A stretch of 64,000 nucleotides of DNA from Terriglobales bacterium. Its GTDB lineage: Bacteria; Acidobacteriota; Terriglobia; Terriglobales; Acidobacteriaceae. The notes under the pieces are model-generated. The model did not search any database and was not told the origin of the DNA. It saw nothing but the letters and a program-made list of their open reading frames with translations. Every line of letters begins with the position of its first letter. The stretch's first letter is position 1. A program made the translations under genes and the position numbers. Location: positions 710-64,709 of the forward strand of contig JBAQJF010000064.1 of NCBI GenBank assembly GCA_049300195.1. The letters run 5' to 3'. Of this stretch, positions 45,018 through 53,493 are shown piece by piece.

Positions 45018-45046
45018 GAAAAAAGGCGCTCCTTTACCGGAGCGCC
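45018..45046 (-). terminator. rho-independent terminator for the DUF1328 gene
   Basis: The minus strand reads GGCGCTCC-GGTAAA-GGAGCGCC followed by TTTTTT. Confidence 0.75.
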
Positions 45047-45071
45047 ATTAGTATGTGGTCTAGTGAGAGAG

Positions 45072-45245
45072 TTACACGGTTGGACCGCGCCGACCGATCC
45101 CCATGATTACGGCTACGAGGAAGAAAATCAAGAACACATAGAACAATATCTTTGCGACTCCCGCGGCGGCCGTCGCTACGCCTGCGAATCCCAGAACCGC
45201 GGCAATAACCGCGATAATGAAGAATACTGCGGCCCAATAGAGCAT
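45072..45245 (-). CDS. DUF1328 (UPF0391) small membrane protein
   Basis: Internal [52 protein letters not shown]. Confidence 0.8.
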   Translation of the reverse strand: MLYWAAVFFIIAVIAAVLGFAGVATAAAGVAKILFYVFLIFFLVAVIMGIGRRGPTV

Positions 45246-45342
45246 AACCGATCCCCTTTCCGATCTTACGAAAGCATAATCCCGGCCTGATGACTGGTCC
45301 ATCCGGTGAACGCGGTAGCCAGTAAGGCGCGTCGCCGTAGAG

Positions 45343-46152
45343 TTATTCCGGCGACTTGAGTCCGATGAAGCTGTTGAATTGCTGTATCACCGCGTAGCAT
45401 TCGCACGCCGATTCCTCGAGCAATTGCCGGCTGACGATTCTCACCGCGCCGCGGGTGTATTCGATTGCGCCTTTACGCTGGAGAAGTGCGGCGGCCAAAC
45501 TCACGCTCGGTCTGTCCGTGCCGAGCATGGTAGCCAGAAAATCGTGTGTAATCGCTAAATATCCAGTTTCGACGCGGTCGTGCATCATCAATAACCAGCG
45601 CGCGAGACGCTGCTCGATGCCGTGGAGCCGGTTGCATGCGGCCGATTGCGCAGCCTGCATGCCTTGGATCACCAAATGGCGGCTGGCAATGTTTTGCAGA
45701 AATGGGCAGGAAGGAAGAAGACTCCGTAACACGTCGGCTCGAATACGAAATCCATCGCCCGCGATTTGAACGACGGAGCGATGGGGATACCGGGTGAGAC
45801 CCACGAGCGCCGCCGTTCCACTGAGCCCCTCATTGCCGACGACTCCAACCTCGACAGTCTTGCCCTCGCGCGTAACCACCACGAGGGAGATTAGGCCGCG
45901 ATTCGGTAGATGCACGAATTCAAGTTTCTCTCCGGGCTCGTGCAGGCTAGTGTGACTCGGAAGGTATTCGAAACTCAACAGCGGACGCACGGACTGAAAT
46001 TCACTATCTGGAAGCGCCACGAGAATGCCGTTCCGGATCGGCCGGCCTTCAAAGTTTGTTCGTTCACCCGGCAGCAAATGAGCGGGCTGCGCGTTCGTAG
46101 CAAACTGATCCGGACCGAGCGTCTGCTTGTTGTGCACCGTTCTAAGATGCAC
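45343..46152 (-). CDS. Crp/Fnr-family transcriptional regulator
   Basis: A cNMP-binding-like beta-roll and the C-terminal [18 protein letters not shown]...[30 protein letters not shown]. Confidence 0.85.
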   Translation of the reverse strand: MHLRTVHNKQTLGPDQFATNAQPAHLLPGERTNFEGRPIRNGILVALPDSEFQSVRPLLSFEYLPSHTSLHEPGEKLEFVHLPNRGLISLVVVTREGKTVEVGVVGNEGLSGTAALVGLTRYPHRSVVQIAGDGFRIRADVLRSLLPSCPFLQNIASRHLVIQGMQAAQSAACNRLHGIEQRLARWLLMMHDRVETGYLAITHDFLATMLGTDRPSVSLAAALLQRKGAIEYTRGAVRIVSRQLLEESACECYAVIQQFNSFIGLKSPE

Positions 46153-46428
46153 ATAACGCGACAGAGAATGTATCTATCGGCAACATCCTCATCGGTAATA
46201 TTGTCAGACTTTCGACCGGGCCCATCTGCTACAGCCATTTTGTAAAAGCCTTAGAGCGTTGACCGTATGGTTGATAGCGCTGGCCCCAAGTATGCTGCCC
46301 TTGGATGAAGACAGCCGAACCGATTCTTGAAGTTGATGCGCGGCGAATCGAATCGGTACGCCGGTCCTCATGGAGTCAAATCATCTTTTTGGCGAAGTTG
46401 ACTAATCAGAACATATCGGGAGCGACTC

Positions 46429-46986
46429 ATGGCGAGTAAGACGGCGGTTTTCGGAATCTATCCAGCGTATGCGAGCGTAGAGAGCGGTGTTGAAGGGTTG
46501 CGTGTGGGCGGCTTTAGCAGCAACGACATTTCGGTTTTATTTCCCGAAGGCACCGGGACGAGAGATTTTGCGGTCGAAAAAGGAACCAAGGCACCCGAAG
46601 GCGCGACGACCGGGGCCGGCACCGGAGCGGTGGTTGGAGGAACGCTCGGCTGGCTGGCGGGCATTGGGACACTTGCCATTCCAGGCATCGGACCCTTCAT
46701 CGCAGCGGGGCCACTTATGGCCGCGCTGGCCGGGATAGGAGTCGGTGGCGCTGTGGGGGGCATAGCCGGGGCTCTGGTGGGTATGGGAATTCCGGAGTAT
46801 GAGGCGAAGCGCTACGAAGGCCGAGTAAGGGATGGAGGCATCTTGCTATCGGTCCATTGCGAGACCTCAGAGCTAAAGAAGCAGGCTAAGGACATTTTGG
46901 AGCGAACCGGCGCAAAGGATATTTCGTCAACGTCGGAGGCGGCCTCGGATGAGCCCAGATATCAGAATCTTCCGAAGGCGGGATAA
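46429..46986 (+). CDS. YflT/general-stress-protein-17M-like protein with Gly-zipper membrane segment
   Basis: The N-terminal AVFGIYPAYASVESGVEGLRVGGFSSNDISVLFP, Gly-rich hydrophobic core, and C-terminal GIPEYEAKRYEGRVRDGGILLSVH. Confidence 0.65.
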   Translation: MASKTAVFGIYPAYASVESGVEGLRVGGFSSNDISVLFPEGTGTRDFAVEKGTKAPEGATTGAGTGAVVGGTLGWLAGIGTLAIPGIGPFIAAGPLMAALAGIGVGGAVGGIAGALVGMGIPEYEAKRYEGRVRDGGILLSVHCETSELKKQAKDILERTGAKDISSTSEAASDEPRYQNLPKAG

Positions 46987-47032
46987 GACAGGAGTATTTC
47001 GTAGGACGATCCCATAGTGTGAAGGAGTGACG

Positions 47033-47248
47033 ATGAAAGTGTTGCTAGCCATTGGATTAGTGGTACTTATTGTCGGGATCGTTTCATTCGTGGTCCCCTT
47101 TCCCCACGCGTCGCATCACGAGTTGCGCGCGGGCGACGCCCATGTCGGTATTACAACGAGGCATGACCAGCGTGTACCTCCAGCTGTCAGTGTTCTACTC
47201 GTGCTGGTTGGTGCGGGCATCATGATTGCCGGACGGGCCAAGGCCTAG
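47033..47248 (+). CDS. small two-TM membrane protein
   Basis: AAGGAG lies 5 nt upstream of the ATG. MKVLLAIGLVVLIVGIVSFVV ... VSVLLVLVGAGIMIAG. Confidence 0.6.
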   Translation: MKVLLAIGLVVLIVGIVSFVVPFPHASHHELRAGDAHVGITTRHDQRVPPAVSVLLVLVGAGIMIAGRAKA

Positions 47249-47387
47249 CAAATAGAGTTTGCCCGTCTGTCGCTGACGCTGTACAGAAGGGTGTTTGAAA
47301 GTGTTGGCTTAGCACTAAGACCTTAACGAGGCATAAATCTGCAGGATCCTGTGCCTCGGGTCGATGTTGATTAAAGGAGTAATTCTC

Positions 47388-47624
47388 ATGGGAAACGAAC
47401 CGAACAAGCAGCAAGGACAGCAGGGCCAGCAGGGCGGACAATCTCAGTCTCACCAGCAAGGCCAACAGTCGAATCAGGGGCAGAATCCGAGCGGCGATAG
47501 CTCTGAAAAGTGGAAATCGGGCCAGTCGCAGTCCGGCGGACAGCAAGGCACGCAGGACTCGTCGAAGAAAGACCCATCACGCCAGCAGCAGGAGCAAGAA
47601 GACGAAAAGCGCCGCGCATCGTAG
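47388..47624 (+). CDS. Gln/Gly/Ser-rich hydrophilin-like small protein
   Basis: AAAGGAG upstream of an internal ATG. MGNEPNKQQGQQGQQGGQSQSHQQGQQSNQGQNPSGD... A terminator follows. Confidence 0.55.
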   Translation: MGNEPNKQQGQQGQQGGQSQSHQQGQQSNQGQNPSGDSSEKWKSGQSQSGGQQGTQDSSKKDPSRQQQEQEDEKRRAS

Positions 47625-47665
47625 TCGGTGTTCCTGCAACTTCATACATCACATAAGAATAAAAA

Positions 47666-47697
47666 AGAGCCATGGTGAAGTCGCCATGGTTCTTTTT
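47666..47697. terminator. bidirectional-looking rho-independent terminator
   Basis: An A-run, then AGAGCCATGG-(8 nt)-CCATGGTTCT, then TTTT. Confidence 0.8.
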
Positions 47698-47916
47698 GTT
47701 GTCCGGCTGAGCGGGTCGATCATAAGTCATGTGCCGTGTTGCCGGGCGCGTTCCTCATAAGACGTACGGCATTACCTTACTGGCATAGTACCGACATAGC
47801 GCTTGCCTCCTACAGACTGAACCGGATAGACCCTCTCGATTCATCAATTTATTCTTCGTAGCATAGTGAACCGAAATCTTCGGTGTAAGAAGGTTCACGA
47901 TCGGAAGGAGATCTAA

Positions 47917-48621
47917 GTGCCTATCGACTCTCCCGGACCCGCCATTTCAGAGGCCGAACTCGTCCACCGTGCTCAGGACGGTGATGCGGAAGCGTTCGGG
48001 TTTCTGTTTGAGAAACACAAGGCGCGAGTCTATGCGTTGTGTCTGCGAATGACCAGAAATACCAGCGAGGCCGAAGACCTTACGCAGGAGGCGTTCCTGC
48101 ATGTCTTTCGGAAGCTGGCTGCGTTTCGCGCGGACTCAGCCTTGTCCACCTGGCTGTATCGCGTTACGGTGAACACGGTGCTTATGCATTTTCGCAAGAA
48201 GACCTTGTGCGTGGTTTCGGTCGAAAAGACCAACAATGAAGGCAATCCGGTGCCGCGAGAATTCCCAATGACCGATTTTCGCCTGACCGGCTGCGTCGAT
48301 CGTATGGCGCTGAATCGGGCGCTGGCCGAGCTTCCCAACGGGTATCGAAAAATTTTCTTGTTACATGAAGTCGCCGGATACGAACATCGCGAGATTGCAA
48401 AGTTTCTGGGCTGCTCGGTGGGCAACTCGAAGTCGCAGTTGCACAAGGCTCGGCAGCGGATCCGAGAGCTATTAGTGCGCGCCAAGCCGGTCCCTGCAAG
48501 TCACGGTGCCCGCAACACGATCGAGGTCAAATCGCCACCTCTCCGGGCGTGGAAGCCGTCGCGCGCGGCCCAACTTCCGGGCTTGTCTCTCCAGGAGCCC
48601 AGTGTTCGACTCGCGATTTAG
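47917..48621 (+). CDS. ECF sigma factor, close paralog of 4315..5001
   Basis: GTG start with GGAAGGAG upstream. DLTQEAFLHVFRKLAAFRADSALSTWLYRVTVN and YRKIFLLHEVAGYEHREIAKFLGCSVGNSKSQLHKAR are near-identical to blocks in sigma #1. Confidence 0.9.
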   Translation: MPIDSPGPAISEAELVHRAQDGDAEAFGFLFEKHKARVYALCLRMTRNTSEAEDLTQEAFLHVFRKLAAFRADSALSTWLYRVTVNTVLMHFRKKTLCVVSVEKTNNEGNPVPREFPMTDFRLTGCVDRMALNRALAELPNGYRKIFLLHEVAGYEHREIAKFLGCSVGNSKSQLHKARQRIRELLVRAKPVPASHGARNTIEVKSPPLRAWKPSRAAQLPGLSLQEPSVRLAI

Positions 48622-48695
48622 AAACTCAACCGATTCGAAAAGTCGAGCCATTCACCTGGGACTATGGGGGGCCTTGTATTGACGACAGCCCATCC

Positions 48696-51395
48696 TCAAT
48701 ACTTTTCCCGCGACTCGCTGGAAGTCCCGCCCGCCGCCGGAATATAGCACTGCAGCGTGTAGTCCATTACCATGCGGTCGGCATTGAAGCGCCATCCCAG
48801 CGTGCGAATTGTGCGCTTCATGCGCTTGATCCACCCCCGCGGCAGCCCGTCGTGATCGCGCTGGTAATACAGCGGAATCACTTCCTCCTGCAACACACGC
48901 ATCAAGTCTTCGCCGTCCCGCGCATCATGCACATTCATATCGGAGTGCGTGCGGCCCGCGCCAATGGCAAAGCCATTCATGCCGTCGTAGGCCTCGGCCC
49001 ACCAGCCATCGAGTACCGAGAGATTCAGCCCGCCGTTCAAGACAACTTTCTGCCCGCTGGTTCCCGAAGCCTCCAGCGGACGCCGCGGATTATTCAGCCA
49101 CACATCCACGCCCTGCACAAAATGCCGCCCGACGTTGATGTCGTAATCCTCGACAAACACGAATTTGTCGGAGAACTGCGGATCGCGCATCAGCTGTGCA
49201 ACCTGCTGAAGTACCCGCTTGCCGGGCTCGTCTTTCGGATGTGCCTTGCCCGCAAACACAAACTGCACCGGCCGCTTCGGATCGTTCACCATCGAAGCAA
49301 TTTTTTCCAGGTCTACCAGAATCAAGTTGGCGCGCTTGTAGGTCGCAAAGCGCCGGGCAAATCCGATCGTGAGCGCATCCGGACTGAGCACGCGCTCCAG
49401 TCGCTGGAACTCCTGCGCCGGCTCATCTCTCCGCTCCGCCTGTTTAATTAGTCGCCGCCGCACAAATTCGATCATGCGCGACTTCAGGTTTAAATGCGTC
49501 TCCCACAGCTCGCCATCGTCGACGTCTTCGAGTCCATCCCAGGTCTTCGCCTCGCTGCTACGCAGGTTCCATCCGGTACCCAGATGCCGGTCATAAAGCC
49601 GGAACATCTGCGGCGCCAGCCACGACGGAACATGCACGCCATTCGTCACGTGCCCGATCGGCACCGAGTCCTCCGAGTTCCCCGGCGTCAGCCCCGTCCA
49701 CATGGCGCGCGAAACTTCACCATGCAGAGAAGACACCGCATTCGCCCGGCGCGCCATCTTCAGCCCGAGCACCGTCATGCAAAACCGTTCGTCGCTGTCG
49801 GGATTCTCGCGTCCCAGCCCCATGAACTGCTCTTTTGAGATCCCAAGTGCCTCGCGCAGAATTCCAAGATGTTCTTCGATCAGATCGGCATCGAAGCGGT
49901 CATGTCCGGCCGGCACCGGCGTGTGCGTAGTGAACACCACTTCGCGCGAAACCCGCGGCACCGCCTTTTCAAAACCGATGCCCTCTTCTTCCATGCGCAT
50001 GCGAATCGCTTCCAGCACCGCGAACCCACTGTGTCCCTCGTTCAAATGCAGCACGCCCGGAGTAATGCCGAGCGCCGTGAGCGCGCGCAATCCGCCCACG
50101 CCCAGCAACAATTCCTGCCGCACGCGTACGCGGCCGTCGCCACCGTACAGGCGCGACGTAAGCTCGCGGTCCTCCGGCGCATTGCCTTCCACATCGGAGT
50201 CGAGCAGAAACAAATCGCAGCGCCCCACCTTCACGCGCCACACTTTCGCGCGAAGTGAACCATGCCGCGTATCCACCTGCACCACGACCGGCCGCCCATT
50301 TTTCCCGATCGCCGGCTCCATCGCCAACTGGTTCACTTCATTCTTGATGTACTCTTCGTGCTGCCAGCCGTCGCGGTCGAGCCGCTGCCTGAAATATCCC
50401 TGCCCATAAAACAGGCCGACCCCGACCAGCGGAATCCCCAGATCGGATGCACTCTTGATGTGATCGCCCGCCAGTACCCCCAGGCCGCCCGAATAAATCG
50501 GCAGCGACTCGTGAATGCCAAACTCCGCCGAGAAATACGCCACCGGCCGCGGCCGCAACACGCCGGCCCGCCGCGCCGCCCAGGTATGCTCCGTCTCCTG
50601 ATACTCCCTCAGCCGCCGGTACGCATAGTTGACCCGGCTATCGAGTCCAAGCTCGGCGGCGCGCTCTTCCAGCCGTGCCAGGGGAAACTCATTTAGCAAT
50701 GCCACCGGAGAATGATTCAACTCACGCCACCGCGGCCGATCCAGATCGCGGAACAACTGTCCCGCTTCGGCATCCCAGCACCACCACATGTTGCGAGCCA
50801 GCGCCCACAGGCGTTCCTGTATGGGAGCGACAAACCGGTCCAGCATGCGCGCCTCGCTCACCACCGGGGCAACTCTTTTTGCAGCCTCGGCCAGCAACCG
50901 GATTTCATTCTCCGGAAAAATCCGGGCCTCGAGAGTCTGCACGACAAGCACCCCTTGCAGCACTCCACGATCGACCAGCGGCACTCCTAAGAACGACTGA
51001 TACGGATCCTCCCCGGCTTCGGGAAAATACTTGAACCGCGGATGAGTCCTCACCTGCTCAACCGCCACCGGCCGTACCTGCTCGGCTACCAGGCCTGTCA
51101 AGCCTTCGGTCACGCTCATTCGCAGGCTGCCGACGCACTCCGGCCGCAGCCCGAGCGTAGCCGCCAGTACAAGGTTCGCCCGGTCGGGCTCCAGCAAATA
51201 CGCCGAGCACACGTCCGTGCCGAAGCGCCGCGCAATCAGCGCGACTACGTTCATCAGCGTCTCCGCCGGTTTCGTAGAATCCGCCGTGAGATTTGCGATC
51301 TCGTCCCACTCCAGCACGTAGCTCGCATCGAGCGAGCAAGATACCCGCTCCGGATTCAATCCGTTAGCTTCGTCCAATCCGTCAGTCCGGTCCAA
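48696..51395 (-). CDS. glgP: alpha-glucan phosphorylase (GT35) with N-terminal GAF domain
   Basis: The N-terminal 190 aa or so contain GLTGLVAEQVRPVAVEQVRTHPRFKYFPEAGEDPYQSFLGVPLVDRGVLQGVLVVQT (PtsP-type GAF). The phosphorylase core has YFSAEFGIHESLPIYSGGLGVLAGDHIKSASDLGIPLVGVGLFY and the PLP region TSGQKVVLNGG. Confidence 0.85.
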   Translation of the reverse strand: MDRTDGLDEANGLNPERVSCSLDASYVLEWDEIANLTADSTKPAETLMNVVALIARRFGTDVCSAYLLEPDRANLVLAATLGLRPECVGSLRMSVTEGLTGLVAEQVRPVAVEQVRTHPRFKYFPEAGEDPYQSFLGVPLVDRGVLQGVLVVQTLEARIFPENEIRLLAEAAKRVAPVVSEARMLDRFVAPIQERLWALARNMWWCWDAEAGQLFRDLDRPRWRELNHSPVALLNEFPLARLEERAAELGLDSRVNYAYRRLREYQETEHTWAARRAGVLRPRPVAYFSAEFGIHESLPIYSGGLGVLAGDHIKSASDLGIPLVGVGLFYGQGYFRQRLDRDGWQHEEYIKNEVNQLAMEPAIGKNGRPVVVQVDTRHGSLRAKVWRVKVGRCDLFLLDSDVEGNAPEDRELTSRLYGGDGRVRVRQELLLGVGGLRALTALGITPGVLHLNEGHSGFAVLEAIRMRMEEEGIGFEKAVPRVSREVVFTTHTPVPAGHDRFDADLIEEHLGILREALGISKEQFMGLGRENPDSDERFCMTVLGLKMARRANAVSSLHGEVSRAMWTGLTPGNSEDSVPIGHVTNGVHVPSWLAPQMFRLYDRHLGTGWNLRSSEAKTWDGLEDVDDGELWETHLNLKSRMIEFVRRRLIKQAERRDEPAQEFQRLERVLSPDALTIGFARRFATYKRANLILVDLEKIASMVNDPKRPVQFVFAGKAHPKDEPGKRVLQQVAQLMRDPQFSDKFVFVEDYDINVGRHFVQGVDVWLNNPRRPLEASGTSGQKVVLNGGLNLSVLDGWWAEAYDGMNGFAIGAGRTHSDMNVHDARDGEDLMRVLQEEVIPLYYQRDHDGLPRGWIKRMKRTIRTLGWRFNADRMVMDYTLQCYIPAAGGTSSESREKY

Positions 51396-51635
51396 TTTCT
51401 ATTTCTCCATACAACAAATTGTGCGACGCAGCGCTCTTCGCCAGCCGCACAGGGTTGAGTCGGGGCCCGACTCGCGTCCTTCTATTCTATCGGGTGAAAC
51501 TGGCAGGATTTCGCGCGCCATGTGGAATTTCTCGTTACCACAGTGCGTATCACAGAGCTAACTCATTGAAGAAAAAGGTTGGCGTTCCCTTTGCACGAGG
51601 CCATTCACTCCATAGGTACGTATCATTTGCTGACA

Positions 51636-51684
51636 ACGAAAAGCGCTGCGCCCCGTCCGCTTCAACTCGGACAAAGCGCAGCGC
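51636..51684 (-). terminator. terminator hairpin downstream of htrA
   Basis: The minus strand reads GCGCTGCGC...(inner GTCCG/CGGAC stem)...GCGCAGCGC followed by TTTTCGTTGT. Confidence 0.65.
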
Positions 51685-51725
51685 CCCTCAACTCACCAGC
51701 CAGCAGCCGAAAGCCAGGAGCTTCC

Positions 51726-51751
51726 CTGACGGCTGATGGCTGACGGCTGAA
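51726..51751. repeat. heptamer tandem repeat (GGCTGAN)x3
   Basis: cTGAC GGCTGAT GGCTGAC GGCTGAA. It ends 4 nt from the htrA stop codon. Confidence 0.7.
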
Positions 51752-51755
51752 AGCC

Positions 51756-53363
51756 CTACTCCGACGGATGCAGCACTCGGAACGTAGTTCCGCCGTTCGA
51801 CCACACCAGCACCAGCGCATCCTGCCCCTTCGCAACGCTGCCCAGTGCCTGCGCCACGTCGGCCGCGGAATGCATCGGCTTGCGATTGACTTCCATGATG
51901 ACATCGCCCTGGCTGATGCCCGCGTTATCCGCCGGGCTTCCCGGCACAACCGAATTCACAATCGCGCCGTGAATGTTGACGCCCTGGTTCGCGCCTTCCT
52001 GTTGCAGTTGCTGGCGCGCGTTTTGGTCCAGGTCGCCGAGACTCATCCCCCAGCGCCCTTTGTGCTCCGCAGTACCGGCAACTTCGCCGCCATTCGTGTT
52101 GTTCAGGTCGCCCAGCGTCACCGATACCGTCGTCGGCTTGTCCTCGCGCATAACGTCCAGCTGAATCGACTCGCCCGGTCGCTTCTGCCCGACCAGCATC
52201 TGCAGCTCGCCAGCGTCGGTGAGCGGCTTGCCATCGAGTTCGGTGATGACGTCGCCCGTCTTCAATCCCGCCTTCGATCCTGGCGAATCCGGCGTTACCT
52301 CGCTCACCAGCGCTCCCGCAGCCTTATTCATGTGGAAGAACTTGGCGTTGTCGGGCGTCACATCCGAGATCTGAATCCCGATATAGCCGTGCTCGATCTT
52401 GCCATCGCGAATCAGCGTGTTCACCGTCGGCTCGACGATCTCAGTAGGAATTGCGAATCCCATGCCCGCAAACGAACCCGAGCCCGAGATCAGGAAGGTA
52501 TTGATGCCGATCAGTTCACCTCGCGAATCGACCAGCGCTCCGCCCGAGTTTCCGGGATTGATGGCCGCATCCGTCTGAATGAACTCACCGGGCTTGCGCC
52601 GGTCGTTCGCGTCCGGATTCGGACGATTGAGCGCGCTGATAATTCCGCGCGTCACCGTGAACTGCAGTCCATAAGGATTGCCGAAAGCCAGTACCGTCTG
52701 TCCCGGCCTCAGGTTCGCCGAATTGCCCCAGGGCACGCTCGGCAGATTAGTGCCGTTAATCTTGATCACCGCCAGATCCGTCAGCGGATCCGCGCCGATC
52801 AGCTTTGCCGGCATCACTTCTTTGTTGCTCATGGTCACGCGAATGTCGACTGCGCCGTCAATCACGTGATTGTTGGTAACGATGTATCCATCCGGCGAGA
52901 TGATCACGCCGCTCCCCAGTCCACGTTCGATCCGGTTCTGCGGCTGCTGCTGAAAGTGGAACTGCCGTCCAAACTGTTGTCCGAATTGCTGGCCGAACGG
53001 ACTGTCCGGTCCGAAGAATTGCTGCATGTCCGGCGTGCCTTCGTCCGATGCCGAGGCTTTCGTCTTCGAAACCACCGTCACGTTAACCACCGCCGGTGTT
53101 ACCCGCGCCGCCAGAGTTTCCATCGCATGATCGAGCGAAAGCAGTGGCGCGACGCTATTGGCATCGAGCGCCGCAGCTGCTGGCGCCGGTGCCGGTGTAG
53201 CCGCGGTCGCGGATTTGGTGAACGTGAACGTGGCCAGCGAAGCGATGACTGCAATCGCCAGCACGGCCACCGCGAAACGGTTGCTGAGGGCCTTCTTCAC
53301 TCCCTCTTTGGTTGGTTGTGATTTTGCTATCCGGGACTTCAAATGTTGCACCCACATTTTCAT
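51756..53363 (-). CDS. htrA: HtrA/DegP/DegQ-family periplasmic serine protease with two PDZ domains
   Basis: GSGVIISPDGYIVTNNHVI (His), DLAVIKI (Asp), and TDAAINPGNSGGALVD (Ser). Two PDZ-like segments and an N-terminal TM/signal sequence. Confidence 0.9.
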   Translation of the reverse strand: MKMWVQHLKSRIAKSQPTKEGVKKALSNRFAVAVLAIAVIASLATFTFTKSATAATPAPAPAAAALDANSVAPLLSLDHAMETLAARVTPAVVNVTVVSKTKASASDEGTPDMQQFFGPDSPFGQQFGQQFGRQFHFQQQPQNRIERGLGSGVIISPDGYIVTNNHVIDGAVDIRVTMSNKEVMPAKLIGADPLTDLAVIKINGTNLPSVPWGNSANLRPGQTVLAFGNPYGLQFTVTRGIISALNRPNPDANDRRKPGEFIQTDAAINPGNSGGALVDSRGELIGINTFLISGSGSFAGMGFAIPTEIVEPTVNTLIRDGKIEHGYIGIQISDVTPDNAKFFHMNKAAGALVSEVTPDSPGSKAGLKTGDVITELDGKPLTDAGELQMLVGQKRPGESIQLDVMREDKPTTVSVTLGDLNNTNGGEVAGTAEHKGRWGMSLGDLDQNARQQLQQEGANQGVNIHGAIVNSVVPGSPADNAGISQGDVIMEVNRKPMHSAADVAQALGSVAKGQDALVLVWSNGGTTFRVLHPSE

Positions 53364-53375
53364 TGCCTTTTCTCC

Positions 53376-53402
53376 TTGATAAACGAAGTTTGATAAACGA
53401 AC
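53376..53402. promoter_or_regulatory. 14-bp-period direct repeat just upstream of the htrA RBS
   Basis: TTGATAAACGAAG-T-TTGATAAACGAAC. On the sense strand this reads GTTCGTTTATCAA-A-CTTCGTTTATCAA-GGAGAAAAGGCAATG. Confidence 0.5.
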
Positions 53403-53438
53403 TGATCTGTCACTGAACTCCTTACAGCGGAAGCCCTA

Positions 53439-53456
53439 CAACTAAATCCTTAGTTG
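53439..53456. promoter_or_regulatory. inverted repeat CAACTAA-ATCC-TTAGTTG (candidate BlaI-family operator upstream of htrA)
   Basis: It has the same AACTAA-N4-TTAGTTG dyad as the site at 55641-55660 upstream of blaI. It lies 76-93 nt upstream of the htrA ATG. Confidence 0.5.
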
Positions 53457-53458
53457 AT

Positions 53459-53481
53459 GCCGGCAAAAAAATTTTGCCGGC
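53459..53481. terminator. 10-bp stem hairpin between blaR1-like stop and htrA promoter region
   Basis: GCCGGCAAAA-AAA-TTTTGCCGGC. Neither strand has a flanking U-tract outside the stem, so it is a terminator or attenuator candidate only. Confidence 0.4.
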
Positions 53482-53493
53482 AGATCTTCCGAA

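Noticed and set aside
46153-46428. Crp/Fnr-type binding sites (TTGAT-N4-ATCAA or TGTGA-N6-TCACA) in the Crp/YflT divergent region and near 16820 (GTGAATCAC).
   Set aside because: Only half-sites or short 4-bp dyads are present, and there is no full consensus-like palindrome.
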